The position numbers and the translations under genes were made by a program. From contig CBDEUC010000003.1 in NCBI GenBank assembly GCA_965243105.1, forward strand, positions 2,487,541-2,551,540: a DNA stretch of 64,000 nucleotides, given 5' to 3'. Under the pieces are notes generated by a model. That model did not search any database, was not told the origin of the DNA, and worked only from the letters and a program-made list of their open reading frames with translations. Source of the DNA: Gammaproteobacteria bacterium (GTDB lineage: Bacteria; Pseudomonadota; Gammaproteobacteria; Eutrophobiales; Eutrophobiaceae). Positions 48,052 to 58,451 of this stretch are shown in pieces. Each line of letters opens with the position of its first letter. Positions within the stretch are counted from its first letter, which is position 1.

Positions 48052-49776
48052 ATGGTTGCCAGTAATCACACAGCTTCGCAGGAATATTCCGCCTGGAACC
48101 CGGGAATTCTCTCAACGATTCCCCCGGAATACCGGGAACTGGAAACCATCCATGATCCCGCCAACGTAAGCAGTCGTTACAGCGAAGTCACCGACCTTTC
48201 CAGCACGACCGGTTTGCCCGTGGAAGAACTGGTGAGTTTCAGGCCGTCGCGACTTGTCCTGCACGAGGTGATTGTTCGTGTTACTGCTGACATCGTTGTC
48301 ATGGAAGGTGAGAAGGAAGAAGATCTCGGTATCAATTTTCGCCGTATCGCTAACTGCATCCTTGACAAGTACCTGGCGCCACGGCGTGGAGACATCGACG
48401 CCCAGTTTCAACAACGAAAGCTCGAGGTCGAGCAACGTGTTCGGGAAGAAATTGATTTTCTTCTCAATATCGATGCAGTAGCGGCGAGTGAAAGACCTTC
48501 CCTGCTTGCACGATTGCTTGGAAGGAAAACAGCAAGGCCGGGACTGGCGCCGCTTGATCGTGAGGCCTCGGAAATTGGCAGCATAAATCGTTACAAGCAA
48601 CTCGGGCTTGAAGCAAGCGATGCGCTGGACGTAGCGGTATATCGAAGCCTGTACCGTGTGCTGGGATCCCTGCTTGCGAAAAGAGGTTACATCGGCCGCG
48701 ATCCCCGGCTGTTGCAAGAAGTGTGCAGTATTCACGCGCTCAACTACCTGGCCAGCCATGATATTCGCGGGATTGTAGGGCAGGTGATTGATCAAGCCAT
48801 TGCGAAAGAAGCCTACCAGGTCATTCCCGATGCTGAGAATCCCATCCTGTTCAGCCTGAAAGGGGCTTCGGCAGCGGGAAAAAGTTCACTGCGACCCCGC
48901 TTGCGCGAGCTGATGGTCGAGCTCGGGATCAGCACCAATGCTTATGGCACCATCAGCCCTGATATCTGGCGCAGGCTACTGATTGACTACGACGGGCTGG
49001 GAGAGGCCTACAAGTACGCCGGTCGACTCAGCAGCAAGGAGGTCAACGTGATTGACGACAAGCTGGATCGCTACATTCGTGACAAGGCCGAGCAAAGACA
49101 GGCGCTACCGCACCTCATGGTGGATCGCTTTCGCTTTGACAGCTTTGATAGTGAAAAAGTTGGTCGGGTTTTGCAGGACACCTATGTCAGGCATATCGAT
49201 ACCATGTACATGTACTTTATTATCACGCCGCCGGAAGCCACGGTTGAAAGAGGCTGGTTGAGAGGCCTTGAGCGGGGTCGCTACAAGGCAGTTGATGATT
49301 TCCTCGGGCACTGTGTCGAAGCCTATGTGGGTATGCCAAGGCTCCTGTTCAAGTACATCGGCAAGACGAGGCCGAAGTACATGTTTGAATTTCTGGATAA
49401 CAGCGTTCCCAAGGGGAAATTTCCCTCGCTCGTAGCGAGGGGTAGCCAGGACCTGATGCAGGTTTATCGAATCGAGCCCCTGGTCAACATCGAGCGATAC
49501 CAGCGAATCAATGAACTGGCTAATGCCCCGGACAAGGTGCATGCACCGGCAGATGAACTGGTTGTCGCGAGGAACCTGCAGTTCATCAGGCAATGTGTAA
49601 AAGCATTCAAGACGATCGAGTTTCTTGAACCGGAAACAGCACAGCTCTATCTCAGGGTGAGTAATGGAAAATATTCCGTCACTGACCAGGAAGTATTTAA
49701 CGCCGCGCTGGGTGATGAGGTCCTGCGCGAAACCCTTGCCTGTCTTGCACCTGAGTTACTTGCTGAATCGGGTTAA
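48052..49776 (+). CDS. Hypothetical protein with a C-terminal P-loop (zeta-toxin/AAA_33-like kinase fold) domain
   Basis: Walker A LKGASAAGKSS and Walker-B-like HLMVDRFRFD. The N-terminal 270 aa are unassigned. Confidence 0.45.
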   Translation: MVASNHTASQEYSAWNPGILSTIPPEYRELETIHDPANVSSRYSEVTDLSSTTGLPVEELVSFRPSRLVLHEVIVRVTADIVVMEGEKEEDLGINFRRIANCILDKYLAPRRGDIDAQFQQRKLEVEQRVREEIDFLLNIDAVAASERPSLLARLLGRKTARPGLAPLDREASEIGSINRYKQLGLEASDALDVAVYRSLYRVLGSLLAKRGYIGRDPRLLQEVCSIHALNYLASHDIRGIVGQVIDQAIAKEAYQVIPDAENPILFSLKGASAAGKSSLRPRLRELMVELGISTNAYGTISPDIWRRLLIDYDGLGEAYKYAGRLSSKEVNVIDDKLDRYIRDKAEQRQALPHLMVDRFRFDSFDSEKVGRVLQDTYVRHIDTMYMYFIITPPEATVERGWLRGLERGRYKAVDDFLGHCVEAYVGMPRLLFKYIGKTRPKYMFEFLDNSVPKGKFPSLVARGSQDLMQVYRIEPLVNIERYQRINELANAPDKVHAPADELVVARNLQFIRQCVKAFKTIEFLEPETAQLYLRVSNGKYSVTDQEVFNAALGDEVLRETLACLAPELLAESG

Positions 49777-49819
49777 AATCCAAGGCTTAAATTTAATATA
49801 ACAAGCGTGAATTTACACC

Positions 49820-50581
49820 ATGACTACTTCGCTATTTGATTTATCAGGCAGGTTGGCACTGGTTACCGGTGCCAGTCGCGGGATTGGAGAAGAAATTGCC
49901 AGGTTACTGGCGGAGCAGGGTGCGCATGTCATCGTCTCCAGCAGGAAAATTGATGCCTGTGAAAAAGTGGCTGATTCTATTCGGGAAAACGGTGGAAAAG
50001 CATCAGCGTTTGCCTGTCACATCGGCGAGTTGGAGCAGATCGAGAAAATCTACCAGTATATTAAAGATGAGCACGGGAAGCTGGATATCCTGGTCAATAA
50101 TGCTGCTGCCAATCCCTATTACGGACACATCGTTGACACCGAACCGTCGGCCTTTCAAAAAACGGTAGACGTGAATATTCGCGGATATTTTTACATGACC
50201 TCCAGTGCCTGCAGGATCATGGGTGAAAAGGGCGGCAGTATCATCAATGTTGCATCCGTCAATGGTGTCAGGCCGGGGGATAAGCAGGGTATTTACTCTA
50301 TTACCAAGAGCGCCATTATCGGCATGACCAGGGCCTTTGCGCTGGAGTGTGGCCCGGACAACATTCGTGTAAATGCGCTTCTGCCGGGCCTGACCGATAC
50401 AAAGTTCGCCAGTGCATTAACCAGTAATGAGCAGGTGCTCAAGACCTGGTTAAAGCAAATACCGCTCAGGCGTTATGCACAACCTTCAGAAATGGCAGGT
50501 GCGGTGCTCTACCTTGCCTCTGATGCTTCTGCGTTCGCCACTGGTACCTGTATTACTGTTGATGGTGGTTACCTCATCTAG
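49820..50581 (+). CDS. Short-chain dehydrogenase/reductase (SDR)
   Basis: TGASRGIG NAD(P)-binding motif and NNAA; catalytic Y..K inferred. Confidence 0.8.
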   Translation: MTTSLFDLSGRLALVTGASRGIGEEIARLLAEQGAHVIVSSRKIDACEKVADSIRENGGKASAFACHIGELEQIEKIYQYIKDEHGKLDILVNNAAANPYYGHIVDTEPSAFQKTVDVNIRGYFYMTSSACRIMGEKGGSIINVASVNGVRPGDKQGIYSITKSAIIGMTRAFALECGPDNIRVNALLPGLTDTKFASALTSNEQVLKTWLKQIPLRRYAQPSEMAGAVLYLASDASAFATGTCITVDGGYLI

Positions 50582-50602
50582 ATCATTTGCGGGTTCAGGA
50601 TA

Positions 50603-52063
50603 GTGGATACTTATCGTCAACAATTGGCCGAGCAATTTCGTGAATTTCTTGATGATGAAAGTGTCATCGACCAGCCGACGTCCCTGGCTGCCTATGAATG
50701 TGATGGCCTGAGCGCCTATCGCCAGCAACCCCTGCTGGTTCTCCTGCCTTCAACAACAGAACATGTTCAGGAGATCATGCGTATTTGCCATGAAAAGGAA
50801 ATCCCGGTTGTTGGTCGTGGCGCAGGCACAAGCCTGTCGGGTGGTGCCTTACCACACAGTGAAGGCGTCGTGCTCAGCCTGGCAAAGATGAACCGCATCC
50901 TGAAGATTGATCCTCTTGCGCGCAGTGCCGTGGTTGAAGCCGGGGTCCAAAACCTGTCCATTTCTGATGCTGTGCGCCAGCATGGACTGTACTACGCACC
51001 GGATCCTTCCTCGCAGATCGCCTGTTCCATCGGGGGCAACGTTGCTGAGAATGCCGGCGGCGTCCATTGCCTGAAGTACGGGCTCACCCTGCATAATGTA
51101 CTTGCACTGAAGTATGTTGCCAGCGACGGCGAGCTCATGGAGATCGATCAGTGTTCCATGCAACAGCATGGCTATGATCTTCTCCCTTTACTGGTTGGCT
51201 CAGAGGGAATGCTCGGTATCGTGGTGGAAGTTACGGTGAAGCTACTGCCAATACCCAGCAGCGCAAAAGTTGTCATGGGCGTGTTTGATTCTGTTGACCT
51301 CGCTGGCAACAGTGTCGCTGCAATCATTGCCGCGGGAATCATACCGGCTGGTATAGAGATGATGGATAACCCGGCGATTCGTGCTGCCGAGGATTTTGTT
51401 AATGCGGGTTACCCGGTTGATGCCGAGGCCATCCTGATTTGCGAACTGGACGGTACTGAAGAGGAAGTGCAGGTCCAGCTTGAACAGGTAAAGAAGGTGC
51501 TCGCCGATGGCGGTGCAGTTGAGACGCGCCTGGCCAGGAATGAGGCAGAACGCCTGCTTTTCTGGTCTGGTCGAAAGGCGGCTTTCCCTGCAGTGGGGCG
51601 ACTGTCGCCGGATTACTATTGTATCGATGGCACTATTCCGAGAAAGGAACTGGCAAAAGTGCTTTCCGGCATAAAGGAACTCTCCGAATCTTATGGTCTG
51701 CCCGTCGCAAACGTTTTTCACGCGGGTGATGGCAACCTGCACCCGCTGATTCTTTATGATGCAAACAGGGAAGGTGAGCTTGAAAAGACAGAGGAACTCG
51801 GCAGCAGGATACTGCAGCTTTGTATTCAACATGGTGGCACGATAACCGGTGAACATGGCGTTGGTGTGGAGAAGCTCGGTGAAATGTGCATACAGTTCAG
51901 CGACGCTGAACGGGAACGCTTTCATGAACTCAGGGAGTGCTTTGACGAAAAGGGGATCCTGAACCCGGGCAAGGCTATTCCCACCCTGGCACGTTGTGCC
52001 GAGTTCAACGGCATGCATGTACATGATGGCGACCTGCCTTTCCCGGAACTGGATCGTTTCTAG
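50603..52063 (+). CDS. glcD: Glycolate oxidase FAD-linked subunit
   Basis: FAD_binding_4 plus FAD-oxidase C-terminal domain. Followed by glcE and glcF. Confidence 0.75.
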   Translation: MDTYRQQLAEQFREFLDDESVIDQPTSLAAYECDGLSAYRQQPLLVLLPSTTEHVQEIMRICHEKEIPVVGRGAGTSLSGGALPHSEGVVLSLAKMNRILKIDPLARSAVVEAGVQNLSISDAVRQHGLYYAPDPSSQIACSIGGNVAENAGGVHCLKYGLTLHNVLALKYVASDGELMEIDQCSMQQHGYDLLPLLVGSEGMLGIVVEVTVKLLPIPSSAKVVMGVFDSVDLAGNSVAAIIAAGIIPAGIEMMDNPAIRAAEDFVNAGYPVDAEAILICELDGTEEEVQVQLEQVKKVLADGGAVETRLARNEAERLLFWSGRKAAFPAVGRLSPDYYCIDGTIPRKELAKVLSGIKELSESYGLPVANVFHAGDGNLHPLILYDANREGELEKTEELGSRILQLCIQHGGTITGEHGVGVEKLGEMCIQFSDAERERFHELRECFDEKGILNPGKAIPTLARCAEFNGMHVHDGDLPFPELDRF

Positions 52064-52068
52064 GCATC

Positions 52069-53130
52069 ATGCTCGAGGATTCAAATATCGAGGCTGACCT
52101 GCTGGCACAGGTAAAGGAAGCGCTGGAGAAAAAGCAAGCCCTGCGCATAGTCGGTGGTGACAGCAAGGCATTTTACGGAGAGCAGGTCGACGCGGAGAAT
52201 ATCTACATGTCCGGCCACTCCGGTGTTGTTGATTATGATCCTGCAGAACTTGTTATCACCCTGCGCGCCGGTAGTCGCCTCAGGGATGTCGAGGGCTTGC
52301 TTGCACAGCACCAGCAAATGCTGGCATTTGAACCGCCGTGCTACTCTGACAACAGTACTATCGGCGGTGTGGTAGCCAGCGGGCTGGCGGGTCCTCGACG
52401 GGCCTTTAGCGGGGGCGTGCGGGATTACCTGCTTGGCGTGAAGATGATTGATGGTCGGGGGCAGCTTCTTGGCTTCGGTGGCCGGGTCATCAAGAATGTT
52501 GCCGGCTTTGATATCTCCCGTTCCATGGTTGGTGCGATGGGTACGCTTGGATTGCTGCTGGAAGTATCCATTCGTGTTGTCCCCTTGCCTGCCACGGAAG
52601 TGACACTGTCCTTTGAACATGATGGTGCGGGAGATCACACGCACTGGATCAACAGCCTGGGTTCTAAACCATTACCGCTATCCGCTTCGCTCTGGCACAG
52701 GGGGCAAAGCCTTGTTCGACTCTCCGGAAGTGAAGTGGGTGTTGCCCAGGCCAGCAAGCAGCTGGGTGGTGAGGAAGTGCAATTTGACTGGCGCAACCTC
52801 GCCGTGCAAAAGCATGACTTTTTTGAACCCGGCCAGGCCATTACCCGTGTTGCTGTTCCACCCACCGCGCCCCTGCTTGATGTTGACGCGGCCTGCCTTG
52901 TCGAATGGCGAGGAGCCCAGCGCTGGTTTTCAGGTGAGCTTGGCATGTCACGCCTGCGCGCACAGGTCGACGCTCTCAATGGCAGCGTCTGTGCTTTCAG
53001 GGATCATCCACGCGGTGTACTTAAATTCCATACGCTACCCGAAGCCATGCTGGGACTGCAGCGCCAGGTGAAAGCCCGCTTTGACCCGCTTGGGATCTTT
53101 AACCCCGATCGAATGTACCCGGGGATCTAG
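52069..53130 (+). CDS. glcE: Glycolate oxidase FAD-binding subunit
   Basis: Shorter FAD_binding_4 paralog in the middle position of the cluster. Confidence 0.7.
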   Translation: MLEDSNIEADLLAQVKEALEKKQALRIVGGDSKAFYGEQVDAENIYMSGHSGVVDYDPAELVITLRAGSRLRDVEGLLAQHQQMLAFEPPCYSDNSTIGGVVASGLAGPRRAFSGGVRDYLLGVKMIDGRGQLLGFGGRVIKNVAGFDISRSMVGAMGTLGLLLEVSIRVVPLPATEVTLSFEHDGAGDHTHWINSLGSKPLPLSASLWHRGQSLVRLSGSEVGVAQASKQLGGEEVQFDWRNLAVQKHDFFEPGQAITRVAVPPTAPLLDVDAACLVEWRGAQRWFSGELGMSRLRAQVDALNGSVCAFRDHPRGVLKFHTLPEAMLGLQRQVKARFDPLGIFNPDRMYPGI

Positions 53131-53132
53131 CC

Positions 53133-54332
53133 ATGCAGACTCGACTCGAGCATGACTTCCTCGAAACCAAAAACGGCCAGGCAGTCAATGACATTCTTCG
53201 AAAATGCGTACACTGTGGTTTCTGTAACGCCACCTGCCCAACATACCAGTTGCTGGGCGATGAGCTGGACGGACCTCGCGGTCGTATCTACCAGGTAAAG
53301 CAGTATTTTGAAGGTGCGCCAGCCAACGGGGAAATTCTCAAGCACCTGGATCGCTGCCTGACTTGCAGGGCCTGTGAAACTACCTGTCCTTCCGGTGTCG
53401 ATTACAGCCAGCTCATGGAAATCGCCCGGCCTGCTATTGAAAAAGACCAGCAGCGCCATGTTGCTGACAGGATGACACGCCGTGCGATCCTGTATTTGAT
53501 AAATCGTACATGGCTCTTTTCAGCCTGTGTGTTTATTGCACGCTCACTGGGTAGCTTGTTACCGGCCCGTTTGCGCACGGCAGTTCCGCCGGCGCAAAAA
53601 TTGTTACAACGTAAAACGGGCAAGCATGACAGGAAAATGCTCTTACTCGCCGGCTGTGTGCAGCCGGTGTTTAGCCCGAATACCAACCACGGCGTTGCCA
53701 ATTTTCTCGATTCTATCGGTATCGAAGTCATTGAGCTTAATGAGAGTCTTTGCTGCGGTTCCGCAGCCATGCACACATCCGACATGGAGCGCGGCCTGCA
53801 GCAGGCGAGGGGGTTGATTGATCGCTGGTGGCCCCACGTGGAAAGTGGGGTGGAGGCGATAATTGTCAGCGCCAGCGGCTGTGGCGTCACGGTGAAAGAT
53901 TACGGCCGCCTGCTGGCTGGTGACAGGCAGTATGCTGAGAAAGCCGCGAAAGTTAGTGAGCTGTGCCGTGACCCCATTGAAGTGATAGAGCCGGTGGCCG
54001 ACAGGATAGTCAGCCGCGACAGGCGAGGTTCCCGAATCGCGGTGCACACACCCTGTACACTGCAACATGGTCTTGGTATCACGGGTCGCGTGGAGGCGCT
54101 GCTGGAAAAAGCCGGCTATGAAATCTGCAAGGTAGAAGAAGCGCAGCTGTGCTGTGGTTCCGCCGGGACTTATTCCCTGCTGCAAAGTGAAATATCAGCC
54201 ACGCTCAGGGAAAATAAACTACGGGCGCTGTCGGTGAATAAGCCGGACATGATTGCGACGGCGAACGTGGGTTGCCAGGCACACCTGTCCCACGGCGATA
54301 TTCCCGTGGTTCACTGGATAGAGTTGCTGTAG
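53133..54332 (+). CDS. glcF: Glycolate oxidase iron-sulfur subunit
   Basis: Two 4Fe-4S Cys clusters (CVHCGFCNATCP, CLTCRACETTCP) and C-terminal CCG domains. Confidence 0.75.
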   Translation: MQTRLEHDFLETKNGQAVNDILRKCVHCGFCNATCPTYQLLGDELDGPRGRIYQVKQYFEGAPANGEILKHLDRCLTCRACETTCPSGVDYSQLMEIARPAIEKDQQRHVADRMTRRAILYLINRTWLFSACVFIARSLGSLLPARLRTAVPPAQKLLQRKTGKHDRKMLLLAGCVQPVFSPNTNHGVANFLDSIGIEVIELNESLCCGSAAMHTSDMERGLQQARGLIDRWWPHVESGVEAIIVSASGCGVTVKDYGRLLAGDRQYAEKAAKVSELCRDPIEVIEPVADRIVSRDRRGSRIAVHTPCTLQHGLGITGRVEALLEKAGYEICKVEEAQLCCGSAGTYSLLQSEISATLRENKLRALSVNKPDMIATANVGCQAHLSHGDIPVVHWIELL

Positions 54333-54344
54333 CAGGCTGAGGTG

Positions 54345-55889
54345 TTAGTCCAGCAGTAACAGGATCACCAGTAACAGGAGTACACCGTGAATTGCGCTGA
54401 AGTAAAATTTACGAGGTGCTCTACCTTGCTGGCGCAATTGTTCCCTTTCTTCACTCAAACCGGCATATTTATCCGGCCAACTGGTTCCCATGTACTCGGC
54501 AAGGAAGTTGTTGGCTCGCTCCACCTGCAGGCCCATGTCACGCATCAGGTCATCTATGTAGTGAATATTCACCGGGCCAAGAAAATATCCTGCAGAGCGA
54601 TAGGTGTACTCCTGTATCCATTCCAGCACGCGATCGATTTCCTTTTCCATGAAATCCCTGGCGGGTAACCTGAGTTCACCCCTGAAAACCTGCGCCAACC
54701 AGTGTGCCGATACCTCGGCCGTCAGGGTGTTGTTAAAAGTTGATGCATAGCCAATGAAGCCGAGATGCTGTTCTGCAGGTGGCAGGATGTGACGGTAAAG
54801 TCGAAACTTGCCATCCTGCCTGGCGAGACCCTGTAGTTCCTCGCTGAGAAAATCAAAGCCCTGGTTCCAGCCGGTACCGAGAACCACGAGATCGGCTTCG
54901 AGCTCCTCGCCACATTCCAGCAGCAGGCCCTTTTCGGTAAATGACTTGATTGCTCCCTGCACCATGTCCACATTGCCGTCATTGGCCTGGGCAAAAAATT
55001 CGTCAGCCATACCAAGGCTTTCAAGACCGGTGGGCATGTCATGTTGTGGCACCATGATATCGGGCATGTTCAAACCACCACGCATCATGCGCATCTGGAA
55101 TTTCCAGAATAGTTTTGCCAGTGGCTTTCCAACGCCGTGCATGAACTTGTCCAGGGTATTCAGGGTGTGATACTTGAGGAATGATTCGGAGAAACGCGAC
55201 TGCAGCAGGTAATCCGTGGGTATACCGAAGTTATAACGGGGTAACATCCAGTGTGTTCGCCTGAACAGCAGGCTACAGTGACTCGCCGTTGTCGCGGCAA
55301 AGGCAGCGCAATCAAGCGCAGACTTGCCAGCACCCACGATGACAACACGTTTACCCCTTGAGATCTCCGCATCAACAAGATTGCTCGTATGCCTGATCTC
55401 TCCCCGAAACTTCTCCTGGCCCTCTATTTCCGGGATTCGCGGTGTTGAAAACACGCCATTACAAACCACCACGAAATTGAAACTTTCCGTGGATTCAGCT
55501 GTGTCTTCACCGGCACCTTTCACGCTTACCTCAAAATGCGTCTTACCGTCAGCGCTTATTCTTTCAATGTTTGTGATCTCACGGTTAAACTGGATACGTT
55601 CCGTAACGCCGAACTTGCCAGCATAGTCGGTAAGGTAGGCGTGTACATCGGTTGCACTGGGATAATCCTTAACATCATCTGGATAGGCGAGATCGGAGTA
55701 ACGATAAACTTTCTTTGCCGTGTTTGTTCGAAGCCCCGGGTAGGCCCGGGTACCTGTCCAGACTCCTCCAAGGTCAGGTTCCTTTTCGAATACGGTTACG
55801 TCAAAACCATCAGCAATAAACACCTTTGCAGTGGCGATGCCGGCCAGCCCGGCGCCAACGATGGCTACGCTACCCTGTGAAGTCGTCAT
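54345..55889 (-). CDS. Flavin-containing monooxygenase-like protein (FMO family) with C-terminal membrane anchor
   Basis: Two dinucleotide-binding motifs (VAIVGAGLAG, VVIVGAGKSALD). C-terminal TM (VLLLLVILLLL). Confidence 0.55.
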   Translation of the reverse strand: MTTSQGSVAIVGAGLAGIATAKVFIADGFDVTVFEKEPDLGGVWTGTRAYPGLRTNTAKKVYRYSDLAYPDDVKDYPSATDVHAYLTDYAGKFGVTERIQFNREITNIERISADGKTHFEVSVKGAGEDTAESTESFNFVVVCNGVFSTPRIPEIEGQEKFRGEIRHTSNLVDAEISRGKRVVIVGAGKSALDCAAFAATTASHCSLLFRRTHWMLPRYNFGIPTDYLLQSRFSESFLKYHTLNTLDKFMHGVGKPLAKLFWKFQMRMMRGGLNMPDIMVPQHDMPTGLESLGMADEFFAQANDGNVDMVQGAIKSFTEKGLLLECGEELEADLVVLGTGWNQGFDFLSEELQGLARQDGKFRLYRHILPPAEQHLGFIGYASTFNNTLTAEVSAHWLAQVFRGELRLPARDFMEKEIDRVLEWIQEYTYRSAGYFLGPVNIHYIDDLMRDMGLQVERANNFLAEYMGTSWPDKYAGLSEEREQLRQQGRAPRKFYFSAIHGVLLLLVILLLLD

Positions 55890-55993
55890 GAGGATCCCCT
55901 GCAGGCGGTGATTGTGCTGAAAATAGTAGCATGAACATTCTTAATTGCCATGCTATGGTGTTTTTATTTACCGAAATTGAGTGAATCCTGATC

Positions 55994-56749
55994 GTGACTT
56001 CAAGTTCAACCAGGCCCCTTGCACTTGTTACCGGTTCCGCCCGTAGAATTGGAGCCGATATTTCAAGATTGCTGCACGCCAATGGCTATGATCTCGCGCT
56101 TCACTATCGTGATTCTGAGAAAGAAGCCGAGCTACTCTGTGCCGAGCTGAATGAACTGCGCAATGAGTCTGCCTTTACGCTGCGTGCTGATCTTCGAAAT
56201 ATGGATGAGGTGGAAAAAATATTTGAAAAGCTTGCAGTTCGACATGATGGACTGCAGTTACTGGTGAATAATGCCTCGGCTTTTTACCCCACTGAACTTT
56301 CAAGCGCCACTGTTGAAGAATGGGATGATCTCTTTGACACTAACCTGAAAGCACCGTTTTTCCTGAGCCAGCACGCGGCAAAATATCTTCAGACCAATGG
56401 CGGTAGTATCGTTAATATTGTTGACATCATTGCGGATAAACCAAGAAAAGACTACACCCCTTACAGCGCGAGCAAGTCAGCGCTGGTTGCTATGACGCGT
56501 TCGCTGGCACGGGAACTGGCGCCGGACATTCGTGTCAATGGCGTTTCACCGGGCGCGATACTTTGGCCGGAGGACGCCGCCGAGCAGAGCGAAGAGGCGA
56601 AGCAAAAAATTCTTTCCGCGACACCGCTTGGCAGGATTGGGGAACCCGCGGATATTGCGCAGGCGGTGTTATTCCTGGCCCGCGACGCTGAATACGTGAC
56701 AGGCCAGGTATTATCGGTGGACGGAGGAAGCAGTCTTACTCGAAGTTAG
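55994..56749 (+). CDS. SDR-family reductase, pteridine-reductase/FolM-like
   Basis: VTGSARRIG cofactor motif. Overall resemblance to PTR1/FolM. Confidence 0.55.
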   Translation: MTSSSTRPLALVTGSARRIGADISRLLHANGYDLALHYRDSEKEAELLCAELNELRNESAFTLRADLRNMDEVEKIFEKLAVRHDGLQLLVNNASAFYPTELSSATVEEWDDLFDTNLKAPFFLSQHAAKYLQTNGGSIVNIVDIIADKPRKDYTPYSASKSALVAMTRSLARELAPDIRVNGVSPGAILWPEDAAEQSEEAKQKILSATPLGRIGEPADIAQAVLFLARDAEYVTGQVLSVDGGSSLTRS

Positions 56750-58275
56750 TTATTGCTTGGAAAAGAAAACTGCGCCTTTTCGCGCACACCACCTGAAGGC
56801 CATCGTTGCGTAATGGTCTTTCTTCGAGTGTAAAAACGCACGCTGTCCGGGCCGTAGGCATAGAGATCGCCAAACAGCGAACGCTTCCAGCCGCCGAAAC
56901 TGTGGCAGGCCACGGGTACCGGCAAGGGCACATTGATTCCCACCATGCCCACCTTGATCTTGTCACTGAAATATCTCGCAGCTTCACCATCCCGGGTGAA
57001 GATACAGGTACCGTTTCCAAATTCGTGATCGTCAATGAGCTGCATGGCCTGCTCTTCGGATTCGGCGCGTACCAGGCAAAGAACCGGTCCAAAAATCTCT
57101 TCCTGGTAAATACGCATGTTCGGGGTTACCCGGTCAAACAGGCAGGGACCAAGGAAAAAACCATTTTCATGTCCATCTACCACCAGTGAGCGTCCATCAA
57201 CGACGAGGTCAGCGCCTTCTTCAACACCGAGGTCCACGTAGCCACGTACTTTCTCAAAGTGGGGCCTTGTTACAAGGGGCCCCATGTCATTGTTGTTATC
57301 ATTGCCGTTACCCACGCGCAATGTTTCAAGTTGCTTACTGATGCCACTCGCTACGGCATCCGCGGTTTCATCGCCTATACATACCACTACCGAGATGGCC
57401 ATGCAGCGTTCTCCGCAGGATCCATAGGCTGCACCAATCAGCGCACTCACGGCATTATCAATGTCCGCATCGGGCATGACGATGGCGTGGTTTTTTGCAC
57501 CGCCAAGAGCCTGTACACGTTTGCCCTTCTCGGTGCCCTTTGTGTAAATATATTCGGCTATGGGCGTAGACCCGACAAAGCTGACCGCCTCAACGCGATC
57601 ATCTTCAAGCAGGGTATCCACGGCTTCCTTGTCGCCATTGACCACGTTAAAAACCCCGTCAGGAAGACCGGCTTCCTTTAATAACCGTGCAATCAGCATC
57701 GGTGCGCTGGGATCTTTCTCGGAAGGCTTGAGGATAAAGGTATTGCCACAGGCGATGGCCATGGGGAACATCCACATGGGTACCATGGCGGGAAAGTTAA
57801 ACGGGGTAATGCCTGCCACGACACCGAGAGGCTGTTGTTCTGACCAGCTATCAATAGCAGGCCCGACGTTCTTAGTATGCTCACCCTTTAACATCTGTGG
57901 AATACCGCAGGCATAGTCGACTACCTCGATGCCTCGACCCAGTTCACCCATGGCATCATCCAGCACCTTGCCATGTTCATTGGTGATCAGCGCGACAATT
58001 TCATGCGCATGTTCTTCCAATAATTGCTTGTAGCGGAACATGACCTGCGCCCGTTTTACCGGGGGCGTATCACGCCAGGCGGGGAAGGCGGCTTCGGCGG
58101 CAGCAATGGCCTGCCTCACCGTATCCGCAGAGGCCATGGCCACTTCGCGGCTCACCTCGCCGGTCGCCGGGTTGGTCACGGGTTGTGGACGGTTGCTGTC
58201 ATCAAGCACTTCACCGTTGATGAAGTGACCAAGCACAGTGCCTGTTTCAATGTTTACGTTTTCAGCAATATTCAT
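56746..58275 (-). CDS. mmsA: Methylmalonate/malonate-semialdehyde dehydrogenase (CoA-acylating)
   Basis: ALDH superfamily with the MMSDH-type N-terminus (GHFINGE) and catalytic Cys region. Confidence 0.8.
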   Translation of the reverse strand: MNIAENVNIETGTVLGHFINGEVLDDSNRPQPVTNPATGEVSREVAMASADTVRQAIAAAEAAFPAWRDTPPVKRAQVMFRYKQLLEEHAHEIVALITNEHGKVLDDAMGELGRGIEVVDYACGIPQMLKGEHTKNVGPAIDSWSEQQPLGVVAGITPFNFPAMVPMWMFPMAIACGNTFILKPSEKDPSAPMLIARLLKEAGLPDGVFNVVNGDKEAVDTLLEDDRVEAVSFVGSTPIAEYIYTKGTEKGKRVQALGGAKNHAIVMPDADIDNAVSALIGAAYGSCGERCMAISVVVCIGDETADAVASGISKQLETLRVGNGNDNNNDMGPLVTRPHFEKVRGYVDLGVEEGADLVVDGRSLVVDGHENGFFLGPCLFDRVTPNMRIYQEEIFGPVLCLVRAESEEQAMQLIDDHEFGNGTCIFTRDGEAARYFSDKIKVGMVGINVPLPVPVACHSFGGWKRSLFGDLYAYGPDSVRFYTRRKTITQRWPSGGVREKAQFSFPSNN

Positions 58276-58451
58276 AGTTGGACCTGCTGGTTATCAATTT
58301 GGGTCGGGTCTATCTCTCAATAGCCCACGGACGCGCTGTGAATACATCCATGTACGCTCAACGGTGGCATCCATGCCACCGAAGGTCCGTGTGTCTATTG
58401 AGAGACAGCCCAACAAGGGTTGTAAGGGAATTAAATTGTTGTTCCAGCTAA

